Source: Auanema rhodensis
Lineage: Eukaryota; Animalia; Nematoda
Length of the DNA stretch: 64,000 nucleotides
Assembly: GCA_964057225.1 (NCBI GenBank)
Contig: OZ059899.1
Span: 14,446,001 to 14,510,000 of the forward strand
Reading direction: 5' to 3'
Part shown: positions 40,495 through 55,100 of the stretch, piece after piece
Position numbering within the stretch: position 1 is the stretch's first letter
How the letters are laid out: each line of letters begins with the position of its first letter
The notes under the pieces: model-generated
The model's database searches: none
Seen by the model: only the letters and a program-made list of their open reading frames with translations
Told to the model about the DNA's origin: nothing
Program-made: the position numbers and the translations under genes

Positions 40495-43400
40495 TCACTT
40501 TTTATCATTTTCCAGTTTACCAGCACGGGGAGAAAATGAAGACGTTCGTTGTATATTTCTGTAAAAACTCATTCATATGCATAACTTTTCTTTATAATTT
40601 CAAAATACCTATGGTTTTGAGGAATGTTTAATGTATTCCCATCATCATTTTTGTCCTGATTTGCAGTTGTATGCTGACTGAATACAAAATTTCCAGCTGT
40701 TAAATCTGCCAAATGATGCGAATAATTATCTAAAAAATATTTGTAGTTATTTTTTCATGTATTTCTCTTTCTATTACCAATGAAAGTGCAATTTCTTCGC
40801 CTGCCACCAGATACAGAAATTATTCGGTCGGGGTCTACGCCCGCACCCATGTATACTGCTACATCCTGAATGAAAGAAAATGAATTCTGAATATGGAATT
40901 GAAATTCGAACCTTTCCACTTCCATAAGCTACATGTATCCTAATACTCATATCAATTAGCTGTTTGAGATGCATTGTTTTCTGTCTCAATGGCTCAGTCG
41001 AGAATGAGGCATTGAAAAACAGAAGACCATGAGGAAAATTATGAAGAGCTAGCCATGCAGATAATGCTCGTTGTTGCATATCTGGTCTAGCCGTCAAATA
41101 AATTATCATATAACCCTTCAAAATAACTTTTAGTTTATCCAATTTTACTCATATGACGATACCTGTTCGTGCCAGTATCGAACTACATCAACAGCGCCTG
41201 GCCGGACTTTGGGGTCTTTGCCAGTTACAGATATGGAAGCTGTTAAAGAACCGTCGACGGAAAAAACAACACAACGTGTATCTTTAGGAACAACAGCTAG
41301 GAATACATCCAAATATGAACGATCGCCGTGAACAAGAATCTGAGAACAGATTACTTTCAAGTTGAGAGTCAAATGTTCAAACTCAAACCTTGATATTATG
41401 AACTCCGCAGGGCAATGATTGAGGAATTGTTAGATGGAGACGGCCGTGGCTATCAGTTTCGTAAGTCCCGATTTGAAACCAATCTCCCCTGAAAATCACC
41501 ATCTTTCAGCTATTCTAAATTATATTTCTTTACCTTTGTGGGCAAGCGTAAACTGTTGCTAATTCTCTTGTTAATGCAACTAAATCCATCGGTCCATAAA
41601 AGAACTTGGCATGAATGTTTTGTTCAGAACCACTGATGACCAAGACATCATTTGCTCGATGATTTGGAGAAAGATTGGCAGTCTTGAAAGTAAATGGCTT
41701 ACTATCTATATCCTTACATGCTAAAATCGAATACCTTAAATCTTGTTCTCTTTTTTCTCCATTGCATGGGTGGCAGTGGGAGGTTCATTGGTATGTTGTT
41801 CATGCTGGCAGATAAAGTTGTTAAGACTGATTCTTCTCCTCGTACAAATTGTCTTAATATGAAAGCGGCTACATCACAAGACTCCCAATATGAAGCATGC
41901 AAAATATTCGGAAGAGCTGTGGAAGGCAATGCGATCATAGCTAAAACATGAAAAGATCTTTAACGAAGCTCGATTGAATATACTAACCATTGGGGCAATA
42001 GAGCACATGATCCATCCGTTTTGTTCCCCACATCCTGTTCACGTCAATTGACGAATCGAAAGTAATGCTCTTTCCATCTCCCAATGGATATCTCTGATAC
42101 CTTGATTGAAGCCAAAGACATGTTAGTTTTCGAGTTTATTCTCCAATTCTTACTTTGGTATGTTAGCAGGTGGCACGAGATTCAATTGAGAGTTCAAAAC
42201 AGGTTCCATACGTGAGCCACATGGATCAAATGGATAATACAAATTAAATAATTGGCAACTTTCCAGGTTCTCAATTTCTAAAATTGCTCATTCAAATGTA
42301 TTTCTATGTACTTCCAGATTTTAATCTTCCTAAATTAATGTTTCGTGCCTAATTTCTCACCTAATCCAGCTAATTTCCTTTGTGTCAACACTAATCCGAG
42401 AGGACAGCCCAAAAGAAACGCATTAGCTGGATGGAAAGCTAGGCGTGAAGTTATCTGAAAAATTTAAAAGCTTTTCAATACAACTTAGACATTTCTAGCT
42501 GTGTTGTCTAGATTTTAAAAAGTGATAACGTATAACTATCAAGAGCCAAAAACCAAAAAAAAACATCTGTGAGCGTGCACCAGGCTGCTAGCTGTTTTAC
42601 AAACCTTGCTGGCACTTTACTTTAGCAATATCAAGAAATTCTCACGTTTATTGAATCTACGGATATGGCGCCAATAGAGATTTTCTTCGTATAACCAGCT
42701 GAAGGGGGGGCAGATACTGTCCGGGGTGAACGAGGAGGAATGGTGATGTTTGGGGGTTGATTAACAACGGATACCGATCGTGTTGGTTCCGGATGATCAT
42801 CTAAAGAGGATTCTCGAGGCTCATGCATTGATCGACGAGAATGAAACGAGGAGGATACATTCTGGAAAGCGTTTCATGCCATTCGCCAAAAAATATGCTA
42901 ACTCAAAACTAGCTAGGAAAATTCATAAAAATGTACCTCTTCCTGTCCCTCCGGAATCGTTTTGGTTGATACAGAGCTTGAATGACGAGTCATTTGTAGT
43001 GGCATAACTTCGTTTCTTGTTGTCATAGCCTCGTATAAGAATAAACCCCCGACAGAATCTCCAACAACGAAAACCTAAGAAAGGAGTTGTATCCAATTTG
43101 TTGTTATGTTTTCCTTTATCTTACTTCTCCAGTAAAAGATGGCTGAGCTTCCAAATACTCCATATATGTATCATTAGCTCTTCTGATAGTTCCTTCAATA
43201 GCCTAAAATAATAGATTTTGCGATAAAATTGCGCGATAATAATAGAATAAATACCTCATTATATAAGAAATGGGCAGATGAGAGTATGAGAGACAACGAC
43301 GGATGTAATAGACCAAATGAAGGTGAGATTGCAGCTAATTTGCTAACAATATTACTTAATTCTCGTCCACATGATACGAGTTGGATGTGAACACGACCTT

Positions 43401-46400
43401 TTAATTGAGGGTAGTGTCTAATAATTAGGGAATCAATTGTTGATCTAAAAATTACAAACATCTAGTAGTTATTGGAAATGAAGTTATACTTAAAAGTGCT
43501 AGTATCAGTTGTTTTGCTGTCAGCTGGATTTTCAGGCGAGAAATCACCATGAAAAACGAGAACGAGAAGAGCAGTGTCAGTGGCTGCACATGGAGTTGCA
43601 GGTGGAGACCCTTTAAGAAAATTTTTTATTCAGCGTATATTTTTATATTCCACCTTCGTCTTGATGATCTAGCTCTAACTCAGAACTCCACCTGATGATG
43701 GAGGGGGGTTTAGATCCCGGAGAGGGCCCTTCGAGGCAATCATAAAATAGATCGTCTTCCTCGTCAGAATCCTCCATGTCATCTTCTTCTTTGTTTTCTT
43801 CTCTGCAGGATTATAGATGATTTCAAAGTAAAAAGCTTTGTTCGTCATTTATTCTTAGAGTTATTATTTCCTTCATTCCGCTCGACATATTAGAAACCAT
43901 TAGTAAAATGTTCAGAATAGTTTCTATTGAAAGAAACGAGCATTGCTTTAGTTTTAAATTTTTTGTCCAGAATCTCAGCAAAGAATGCCAAAACTATTCA
44001 AAAATATATGAGAAACAAGAACTAAAAACGAGGCTGGAAATAAAAACCAAACTCCACGTGAGTCACGTGATGCGTGGAAAAAGTGGTGGTGATTGCAATC
44101 TTCATTTAAATATTTGCAAAGCAAAAACATGGTTGAATAAGTTTTCGTTTCATTTTTCGAGAAGTAAGTGTAAATGCTTTGATTGGCTGCTTCTCAAATT
44201 TCGTAGTATTGATGCTTGGATAAGTTAAAACTTGAGAGTTGTTGAAAAAGAAACTTCTTCAAATGCTGTCATCAAATGACTTTTATCGAGCTTTACTGCA
44301 TTGATTGTAATTTGAGTGAACTAATGACATGGAAAAAAATTCGTTTTTCAGCTTTGCTAATAGTTTTTCATATGCAAAAAGATTCAAATTATTTCTTTTT
44401 CTTAAGAAATGAGTTTTATGGATGAAAATTTAATAATATTACCCAGTAGCCATTACGGCAGAAAGATGTAGAGCTGCTTCTGCTTCAAGATGGCGGATAT
44501 CCTTCATTGTTAGACCAACCCATTCATCTTGCCATGCCCATGCTTGACGATGTGCTCTTAGCATAGTTCCACGTAAAGCCAGGTCATGAATCCACCTCTC
44601 TGCCCTCGTCTTCAAGAAAATAAGAGTAAACCACAGAAACGAAGACAATCAATTACTTGCAAACCCCAATATTTGAATTCCACACGACATAGCTTATAAG
44701 CACACATAATTGGTTTTCCTAAACCAATGAAGTTATCTAGTTTAATATAATTCCAATCAAAATTCACCTAGACGAGTATGCTGTTCAGCCCAGTCGTCTG
44801 TCAATGGGCCTCTACCTGTTTTCTGACTTTCATATAATTTCGGATCTTCCTCTACACAGTAGTCATGAGACGGAATAGGATCCTATGAATATTCATATTT
44901 GCAAATATCTCTCTTATTTAAATCGAACTTTGACAAAATCCATCACATCAACGATTCTAGTTTTCAATTCATCTTCTGATAAATTGAAGACATTTTCTTG
45001 ACTACCATCATCATTTATGTACACAGTTTCAACTTCTACACTCACACGATCCATCATTGGAGTGGAAAATCTGAGAGAAAAAACTTCACCGCATCTTTCA
45101 GCATTATAGGAAACCTTGTTTTTGTTTGAGGATAAGAGTTCCATGCTTCTTCATGCGCTTCCAAGGCATTAGTCGGCAAAACCGTTCTAATCCAACCTTA
45201 AAAAGAACAATTTCAGTATCTTTATTTCTGATCCCGAATTATACCTGGGATTTTACTTCCGATATGATAAATCTTGAAAGTGTATTGACCCTGACCACCT
45301 GGACCCTCATAGTAAGGTTTATTTGTGATAATTTCTACGCCACTGTCTTTGCCATGTGAATCTAATCGACTTTTTTTCTGCAAAAGAGATGTCTCTCTGG
45401 CGTTAAATGACAAATGTTTATGTGAGCTATTTACAATCAAGTACTTTGATGAATCTAATAATTTTACAATATACTTTCTCACTATAACAACTATTACAAG
45501 TTGCTGCACTTTCAACGAAAATCAAAAAATCAAACAAATTTAAAAAAGAATCAGGTTTTCCTTGGCAATGAACGCAAAATTATACACTCTCACTAATACT
45601 TATAGGCATAAACTATGTTTTACTTTCTCACGATTGAATCAAAGAAAACGAGAGAAAGACACAGCCATTTAGTGTTCCAACCAGAAAATTCGCTCTAGGA
45701 CAAACGTATAATTTCCTTTCGACAACGATTTCAGCGTATTTCAAACTAAATAGACCTCAAAGACGTGGAGACGAATCTCGGAAGACTGAGCCAAGCACAA
45801 GGCGGAGTCAGTTTATTTGTCCTCAAACCTCCAATCGAATGAAGACTGGGTGACGAAGCATCGCTAATCCGTGACAGCAGGAAGAATTATTCACATAAAC
45901 GAAGCCGATGATACTTGCAGTTAAACTAAAGTATCAGCTTCTTTTTGAAATTTTTATCGGGATCCGAATCATCAGAATTATTATCAAATGACAGAATCAA
46001 AAGTCAGTAGTTGAAAAAGGAATTTTTACTATAAAAACATCGAATAGACAAGCTAGCCCTAGTATAATACCCGCCAAACAACTGGTTCTATTAATCTATC
46101 GAATAGACACCTCCGTTACCTCATCCACTAAATGAAAAGAGACGTTTATAAATATATATATATTGAATTTGGTTGAAATCAGATTACGTTTTTTTAAACA
46201 AAGGAGAAGATCATCAAAATAGAAAGATTCATTGTAATATTAGCTCTCCTGCGGTTGAAAGTGGTTCTCTTCCACTCCTTAAAGCAACATATCAGTGGGT
46301 TATATGACCTTGGCATGAGTTAGACATATAATGAACAATAAATAGCTCACAGATTTTGAAAGTGTCATTAGAATTCGAAGCTTATCACTGCTTGTAAAAT

Positions 46401-46632
46401 CATTAAATGCAACAAGAGTTAAAATCACAAAAACCAATTGTTATCGCAATAGTTCAAATATCATGAAGAAATCTACTTGATCCCAAATCATAATCACTCA
46501 CACACTCGTAATAAACATATAAGAAGAAGAAACAACACAACAGAATCTTAGTACCTGAATCATATAAAGCTGCGCAATGCGATATTCGTCCACAGTCATG
46601 GGAAGGAGTATTCGATACTCCTTGATCAGCAT
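40495..46632 (-). CDS. pitp-1: RdgB/PITPNM class IIA phosphatidylinositol transfer protein (PITP, FFAT, DDHD, LNS2)
   Basis: First exon 46555-46632 encodes [26 protein letters not shown]. Further motifs: [30 protein letters not shown]-like [48 protein letters not shown] and AYGSGKD. Confidence 0.95.
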
Positions 46633-46759
46633 TATGACAATATCTCATATAAGGCATTACGTCATTTCAAACTTAAGATAACTACTGATTCGTAGAAACA
46701 GGAATAATCGAAGAAATTGACGAGGTGAATAAAGCTGAAGACAGAGCAACTACTAGCCG

Positions 46760-47020
46760 AGCTTTGCTGAGCCCATATCTGCATGAGCGGGCGGCCGTCG
46801 GTCACGCCCACTTGCCGCCACGCGTCAATAATATGCAGTGCACGCGAAGAAAGCCCATATTGGGACAAAGAAAAATTAATCATTTGAAAAAAAATAAAGA
46901 CTGAAAAATACTTTCAGAAATAATAATTGAAAATGTGGATGAAAAAATGGAATATTAAAATATATTTTAAATTTCCTCCTGATTGCGTTTTGAAACCTGC
47001 TCCAATGTTACAGTATTACG
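46760..47020. promoter_or_regulatory. Probable bidirectional promoter (pitp-1 / pph-4)
   Basis: Locally GC/CpG-rich patch (GGGCGG, CACGCCCA, CCACGCG) between head-to-head start codons ~620 bp apart. Confidence 0.5.
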
Positions 47021-47249
47021 CCATTGCTAAGAGAAATAAAAATTTCAAAAACCTTGTTACATCTTCTAGTTTAAATTAAAAAAAACTTTGTAGCCGCTGT
47101 TTGAACAGATTCTTTGTATTAAAGCTTTGGTTATTATATTACAATTCATTGTTTTCATATTTATGTTTTTAATTTTTTGTATTTCATGTCAATTCTTTCT
47201 TGTATTCTTATCTAATTTTTGGCTATTCCATATTAGTGTGGTTTAGAAT

Positions 47250-48673
47250 ATGGCTGTAATCACCGATAATTCTGGGATTAAACCGGATACAGATACTAAT
47301 GGGGCTGGAATGGTAGAAATGTCAGTGGACGATTTAGACAGGTACGTTTCTTTTACAATTTTTTATTGATTGTTTTTATACTATTTCGAAATTTATTAAT
47401 TTTTATGGTCTCAGGCATATTGAAAAGCTGATGAAATGTGAGCTAATATCAGAGCAAGATGTGAAATCCCTATGTGCTAAAGCTAGAGAAATTCTTGTCC
47501 AAGAAGGAAATGTTCAAGTGATTGATTCACCTGTCACGGTAAATTATTTTCTTTTGACGTTCTATTTATATTCATGTTGTTCAGATATGTGGAGACATTC
47601 ATGGACAATTTTATGATTTAATGGAGTTGTTCAAGGTTCGTTAAGCTTATAATATGGAACACATTTTTTAAATTCAGGTCGGAGGTCATATACCAGATAC
47701 TAACTACCTTTTTCTGGGAGACTTTGTTGATCGTGGTTTTTATTCAGTTGAAACATTTCTGTTATTATTAGCCCTAAAAGTTAGATATCCTGATCGAATG
47801 ATGTTAATTCGGGGTAATCATGAGAGTAGACAAATTACTCAAGTAATTTCGAATTTATTTTGTGAAGGTAATGAAATGTTTTGAGGTTTATGGGTTTTAT
47901 GATGAATGTGTCCGAAAGTATGGAAGTGCGTCCGTATGGAAATATTGCACGGAAGTTTTCGATTACCTCTCTTTGTCAGCAGTGATTGATGGAAAAGTAA
48001 GATTATCTTATTTTAAGATGTGACTATATTATGTTTCAAGGTATTTTGTGTACACGGAGGGTTATCTCCATCTATACAAACGCTTGATCAGATCCGTGTC
48101 ATTGACCGGAAACTTGAGGTTTAACTTTTTTCTCATAGTATTTATATTATCTTGGTGATCCCATAGGTTCCACATGATGGACCCATGTGTGATCTTTTGT
48201 GGTCTGATCCCGAAGATTCTGCCGTAGGTTGGGGCATGAGTCCGCGAGGTGCTGGTTACCTTTTCGGCAATGATGTTGTAAAAGTAAATCGCGTTTAGTT
48301 TAAATATTCAATTAACCTAGTCTTTAAGACTTTCTGCGACTCTAATGGTGTAGATTTGATATGTCGTGCCCATCAATTAGTTATGGAAGGCTATAAATGG
48401 CATTTCAATGAAAGTGTCTTAACAGTATGGTCAGCGCCAAATTATTGTTATAGGTTTATATAGTATTGTAAAACATATAATATATTTTTTAAATAATAGA
48501 TGTGGCAATGTGGCTGCTATCCTAGAACTAGACGAACAACTAAATAAAGATTTCACCATATTCGATGCTGCTCCCCAAGTATGTTATTTAACACAACAAA
48601 ATCTAAAATTTATATTTTTCAGGAAAACAGAGGTGCACCCACAAAGAAACCACAGCCAGACTACTTTTTGTAA
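47250..48673 (+). CDS. pph-4: Ser/Thr protein phosphatase 4 catalytic subunit
   Basis: Motifs [67 protein letters not shown] and [11 protein letters not shown], ending KKPQPDYFL*. Confidence 0.97.
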
Positions 48674-48853
48674 CTAATACACATTTAATAGAATATTGTA
48701 CTTTTCAACGATCTGTGTGAATATTGAACTACTTCGTATTATTTTTTTTTTATAATTTTTCTAATGTCCTATTCTCATTATGGGTACCTCGTAAATATTG
48801 TCTTTTTCCCTCGTTTCTTAAGTTTTTAGTTAAGAGAATGTCATCAGGTCCGC

Positions 48854-49282
48854 ATGGCGAGCGTCACGAAGCCGAAAAAGAAAGCGAGGGATGTACCTGA
48901 GTTATGGAACCAAAAGTAATTGTTGGCTTTAGATTTTTCGAAATTATCTTGAACGTCACGGGGTTATGGAAACCTGGACACAAATTTTGGCAGAACTTTA
49001 TGAAAAACCTGAGAAAGAAAGACCTGATGATGTAATTGGGCATATTAGTGAAGTAACTTTTGAAATTAACTTGTTTTCACAGCCGTTGAATTAAGAAATT
49101 ATCAAACACCAAAGCTGAAATTATCAATAATGAGGCAGTTCAAATTAGTGCGAAAGAATTGAGAAATAAGGTTGAAGAATGTAATCATGGAAAATATTCC
49201 CAAATTTCAGGTCAGCGACTTGTTGAAGGAGAATAAGAAGCTCCGCGATAGGATTGAAGAATTAGAAGCCCGTAATTCTTAA
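48854..49282 (+). CDS. MYCBP: c-Myc-binding protein (MYCBP/AMY-1) homolog
   Basis: Exons 48854-48892, 48933-49052, 49096-49170 and 49211-49282 give IFRNYLERHGVMETWTQILAELYEKPEKERPDD plus a C-terminal coiled coil, resembling FRRYLEKSGVLDTLTKVLVALYEEPEKP. Confidence 0.8.
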
Positions 49283-49479
49283 ACCTATCCTTGTTGATTT
49301 TCTTTTGTTATGTACTTTGATATACTAATCAACTTGTTTATGCATAATCTCCATAAGTGATCTCCATATGGTCCATAAAGGTTTTAAAAATTTATTTGTA
49401 AATTCAATTGGGAGTTTTTTCAACTAAACGTATCTTTCAAAGTACTAGAATACTCATTGTATTCATTACATTTTCTAGA

Positions 49480-50060
49480 ATGTTGCGGCTTATTTCACAA
49501 ACAGCAAGATCAGGCCTTCGTACCTGTTCTTCTGCTGCTGCCCTTTCTAATGAAATGAAGACTAAGATTGATGATATGATTAAGGTATGAATTTAGTGTT
49601 AAAGCTGATGATATGTTGACTTTAGGCTCATGATGTTACTGTCTTCATGAAGGGCACCCAACAAGAACCAATGTGTGGATTTTCAAGAAATGTCAAATTA
49701 GTAATATTCTTATTTAAACTTCTGTTTTACCTTTACTTTTTAAGGTGCTTGATTATCATGAGGTTAAATTCAGAGATTATAACGTATTAGAAGATGCTGA
49801 ATTGAGAGAGGGAATCAAAGCGTATAGTGAATGGCCAACAATTCCTCAGGTTTCATCTTCCCAACGCTATTGTCTTTTTAGATATTGTTTTAGGTGTACG
49901 TTAAGGGTGAATTTGTCGGCGGCTGCGATATTATGGTCCAAATGCACAAAGAGGGAGAGATTAGGTTCGTGAAAAATTTTCTATTTTGATTCATTCTTAT
50001 CTCTTCAGCGATTTCTTTGATGGCAAGAAAATACCAAATAAATATGGCAATTTCCAGTGA
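49480..50060 (+). CDS. glrx-5: Mitochondrial monothiol glutaredoxin 5
   Basis: Transit-like N-terminus, [34 protein letters not shown]. Confidence 0.96.
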
Positions 50061-50425
50061 ATTAATGTTCGCACATTGTTTTAGTCTTTATTTAGATTGT
50101 TATTAGTTTTTTTACATAAAGTTTTTTATTAAATCTATGATTAATACATTATTAAAGAGTGAAAACTCGTATCAATCCGACAGGAAGTCACCATTTTAAT
50201 CTTCTTAAACTAACATAATTGTTCATCATTCCATACCACGAGCATTTCTTATTTTAGTCAATATTAATAAATACTTCACATTTTTCTATGATAACGACAC
50301 CCTCCTTTATAAAGACAAGAGTTTTCGATATGACTTCATCAACGCATTCCTTAAGTAATAGTTTTTGTTTTAATTGCTTTCTTGTCGCTTATTTTTTTAC
50401 AGTTAATTCCTTGGTATTTTAAGAC

Positions 50426-50805
50426 ATGATTCTACTTTTGTTTCTGCTTTTACCTCTCTTGAGTTCTTGCAAACCTTTTGAATTGATCAATCATGATATT
50501 TCTGAAGAGAACTGGAGGTAAAGTTGATAAGAATATCAAATTATAAACTCTTTTCTTTATTAGCTCTGAAGACGTAACGCTTGAAACTGAAGAAATGCTA
50601 GAAAATTTGATTAAGGAAATTAGCAATCAAATAGCGAAAGACGAAATAGTTCAAGAAACCCAAGGTTTGAATCATTTGAATATTTCATAATACCAATCTA
50701 TTTTTAGAGCCAAGTCATGAGGGCATAAATTATTTCATCGCAGATTATCATCGGACATTCTCTAATAATCTAAACCACGGCTCTAATTTCCGGCCTGGGC
50801 GTTAA
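50426..50805 (+). CDS. Putative neuropeptide precursor ending FRP-G-R (RPamide type), 96 aa
   Basis: Exons 50426-50517, 50564-50664 and 50708-50805 give a signal peptide MILLLFLLLPLLSSC, an acidic spacer, and ...DYHR-TFSNNLNHGSNFRPG-R*. Confidence 0.75.
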
Positions 50806-50937
50806 GTTATGCAACTTGTAAGATTATTAACCTGTTGATTACGAAATAAACACTCGTTTCAGAATACACATCGATCTCTATGTAAGGAGTTTAACACGAT
50901 TTCAAGACATATTTTACTCTACAATATATAACATGAT

Positions 50938-51208
50938 CTACCATAATGTTTTAACATTGTAAATCTCCCTTTGCTTGTGTCTTGGGTGTTCATTACATTC
51001 CACATGTAAGCGGCCCTCTACTCTAACGAAATAACAATTTCTACACCTGAGCTTTAATTGAGCCTTTACCTGAAATAAACGCATAATCTTTGGAGATCTT
51101 AAAAAAACATACTCTAAAGCCTGCGGTTGACTGCAAAACATTTCTTTGGCCGAAAAGAACTGATCTGAGAATTTTGCTCCCTGTATTTAGTACTGAAGAG
51201 GTACTCAT
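50938..51208 (-). CDS. mrpl-36: Mitochondrial ribosomal protein bL36m
   Basis: Two exons: a transit peptide, then [36 protein letters not shown] (L36 zinc ribbon). Confidence 0.95.
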
Positions 51209-52199
51209 CTCCTGTAATTGTTTTGTTCGACTTATCGCAATATTTATTATGAAAGAAAGAAATATCTTAATAAAGAAAATGCTGTAATATATATTGTAGT
51301 ATAATTTTAAACATAAAAAAAAGAAGATAACCAACATACACAATAATTAATCAAAATTAAAACATTATATTTAGAAATTATATAAGAGTATCAAAAAATT
51401 GCGTATCCATTTTGAAAATACGTGATTTTTCGTGGGTGTGGTATAGAATACGAAGGTTAAAATTTAACCACCTTAAGCTGCTTAACTATGTTATCTTTGA
51501 GATTCGAGTTGAAGAGGGACTCGTTATTATTAAGTTATTTCAAGGACATTTTCTTTTATTGTTAAAAATAGAATATTCTCAAATTTTTGATACTTTTCTT
51601 ATCTTAGTTACCTTTCGAAAAAATTTCTTTGCCACAGCTTTATTAATTTTTTTCGTATCAATTATCACCGCGCTTAATTTGTTCCACTTAAAAATAGATC
51701 AATGTTTTTTTGTTCAAAAAGAATCCGCTGATATCCAATTGTCTTTACGAAGACAAAAACCTAATATTCTAACATGTCTACATATTTGGATATAAGATTA
51801 TTGTAAAAATTGCCATATTTTTGTTGTAATATGAAGAAAAGTATATCGGTGATTTTAATACATCTGTTTCTTAATTGTTGAAATGATAGAGATGAAAATA
51901 TCTGTCCCACCCATTTTTAAAAATGAAAAAAATAATCGAATAAAGCATCCGTTTTCGTCTCTAAAAGTCTTTAATCTGTTTGATCTCTAGAAAAAAATTT
52001 GAACAACAAATGCAACAGAGTCATCCATGTACAAGAAAAAAAATATAAAATCTGTTGTTTGAAGGCTGCTTCATTGCTAATATGGTATTTAAAAAATATT
52101 TTTGAATACATCTCATTTTCTTTACTTTGAACATGCAGACTGGTCGAACACAACAATTAATATTATTGAGCAGTACTAATCAATTGATATTTTAGCGGA

Positions 52200-55100
52200 A
52201 TGTTCCGTAGACCAGCAAATGATGATTCTGATGATGATGATATTGAATCGCGGGTAGTTAGAGCCAAACCACTTGCTCAAAAATATGTAAAAAAGTTGGG
52301 CGCTGACTATGGAAGAGGAAAAGTTAGTTTGTAAGTATACGGTATCATCAATCCTTAGTTTTAGGATTTCGTAGTTGGAAGTTCTCATTCACAAAAAGAG
52401 TTAGCTGGAAGTCAAGATACACGAAGCGATATCCTAGGTGAAAAAAAAGGATTAACTGAAGATGAAAGAAATAAATTAAATGCTAAAATATTGAAAGCTG
52501 AAATGAAAGGCGATAAGGTTCGTGAACAATTTTTTTTTGCTTTCTTATGAGCTATTTCATATCTTTCAGGATGCCATTCGGAAACTGAAACGGAAATTGG
52601 AAGATAATGAGCCGTTGGATGAGCCAAAACAAAAGGTAATATTTCTTTCTTTGCTGCTGAAATTTGTTTTCTCAGGATGTGGTTATGTTGGAAAGAAATA
52701 GGCACGGAGCTATTGTCCCTGCCACAAGTAAATCAAGAGATAGGAGTAAACACGGAGAGGTACACAAATTCCATTGATCCAAATAATATTATGGGAGTTT
52801 TAGGGGTCATCACGAATGAACCGTGAATATTCGAAGCAACAAGATTTGGATGATATGATCCGAGAAGAAAAAAGTGGAACTGCTCAAGATCAATTAATGC
52901 TGTTTTCAAACTCAATTGTGGTACGTTGTTCAGATGGATGAAATTCCTTTTCACTTTTCCTCTCATCATAATTCAATTAGGGGTGACGTACACTGACATT
53001 TGAAACTGTTCTATGCTTTCGTTTGCTTCACGGTTTTTCGCGCAAAACAGTGTTGTTATCATGTTCGCGAAATTCCAAATTCAGTACTTGGGATTTTGTT
53101 TTCGAAAGTACAAAAGTTTTCTTGTGAAGTATCGGAAAAATTACAATATTTCGCGTTCCTTATGAGTGCCTGTAATGTATTTCTTAATGGATGTCGCGAA
53201 TTGTTTTCGCAGTTTTCAATTCTCAGATATTATAGAGGCTGGGTCACTTAACTATCAGTAGTATTGCCTCAAATGCATGAATCGCTTAAATTCTCAAATT
53301 CCTGTTCAGATATAATTAGCTCATAGAGAACGATAACAGTGAAAGCAGATTTCGATAACGTACTTAAGAAGTTTTCTTCTAAACTTAAAAAAGGCGAGGC
53401 TTGATTTACCATTTTGAATACTCAATAACGTTTCAAGATCGTTTTATTAGAATTAGCGTCCTTACAACTTATTTTCGTGAATTCCTCGATGTTTGTCACC
53501 AAATTAACTCACTCATATAGTACGTGCTTGAGCAACTATGAACACACCTTTTGGATGTAAACTAGGCTGTCCTTGAACTTTGAAACGTTCTGAGATGGTT
53601 ACGTCAGTGGTTTGATAGCTGTTTTCTTAAAGTAGTTATAACAAAATAGCGGTCTGTATTGGTTTTCTTCTGATTTCTCAGGAATGTTGTGACGTTTTCG
53701 TCCCAAAGCGCGTTTTGTCTTGCTTGTGACCATTATTATCGATTCTTCCGATTCACGATATATCGGTGCTACAGAAGAAGCGTTGGGATTTCATCTATGA
53801 TCAGTAGGACGGAGACTAGCAAACAACCTAGTTCTTATGTTTCTAGGAATTTTTATTGAGTTAATACTATGATATTATCACAGATCAATGTATTCACTTG
53901 AACATGCTTGTTTGTAGTTTTCAAGGTTTTAAATCAAAGATTTGGCTTCTGATCGAATTCAACGAACTTTTAAGGGTTTTTTCGTATTTTCAGAAGAGCG
54001 CAAAGATAAGAAGGCATGACGATGAGAGCTTGGATGATATTGCTGAAATGCAAAAAGGGAGGAAGAAAAATGATGAAAAAGAAGAAAAGAAACGCTTGAA
54101 ACAGCAAAAGAAAGGTGAGAATATAATTTGTTCATATATTTTATTCTACATATTTACGTGACATAACATCAGAATTTGCGTTAAGTACGCTCATTTCTAA
54201 CACTAGTAGGTTGACTACATCACTTCATTTTGAGATCGGCGACCAGTTTTTAAAACAAATGGGTGATATTCCCTTTATCATACATTTATTTCTTCTCTAT
54301 ATTGGGAAAGGGCCATAGGTATTTACGATCTACCTATAAATAATAGTCAAGTAGCAAGCTTTTAGTTGAAGATATGTATGATTATACCTGAGTTATTTTA
54401 GTATCCGAGATCTTTCGTTTTGTTAGCATGTTTCCTGACTCGAGTTATTTGGGTCAACGACTGACTAACAGCATTGGGACTTGTCTTGTTTCTAAGGGAA
54501 CTCATTTGATTTCTAATTGCCAAAATTGTTCGAACTGTTTAAGCATTCCACGCATTCTTTGAAACTAATTCTAAATTTTCGTATAAGAATTTTCAAAATT
54601 CTTTCGATAAGTAACATTGTTGCTGGTGGTCTACCTCACACGATTTTATCATAAAACATCATGTTCAACATGTCTTGCTACGACATGTACATTCCAATCA
54701 TGGTCAAAGTAAGAAGACGACACCGACACCAAGACTGTTCTACGCCATAGTTCATTATTAAATAGTGTAAAATATCGATCAATTACATGTTCGAGGATTT
54801 AAACTTTTGTACATTTATTCTCGGAGCGATCGTATTAACAATATTTTCGAAATTACGCTTGCGAGAATATCACTCGATAGATGACAGTTTGCAATTCAAA
54901 AATGAAGATAGAAGTTCGGCATCTATGGAGGTATGGACCCGCTATACACACAGATTGAGATCAAGATTGACATGTAAGCGACACAAATAGGATAAAATGA
55001 CTAGGGACTGTGTGAAGGTCTACAAAATAAAGTAATGGAATAAGACAAACACCAGATGCAGTAATATAGAAATACTTAACGAGCAGCTCTGAATCCAGAA

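Noticed and set aside
51412-51795. 127-aa ORF between mrpl-36 and cwf-19L2
   Set aside because: TTG start, AT-rich F/L/I/K composition and no splice structure; likely promoter DNA.
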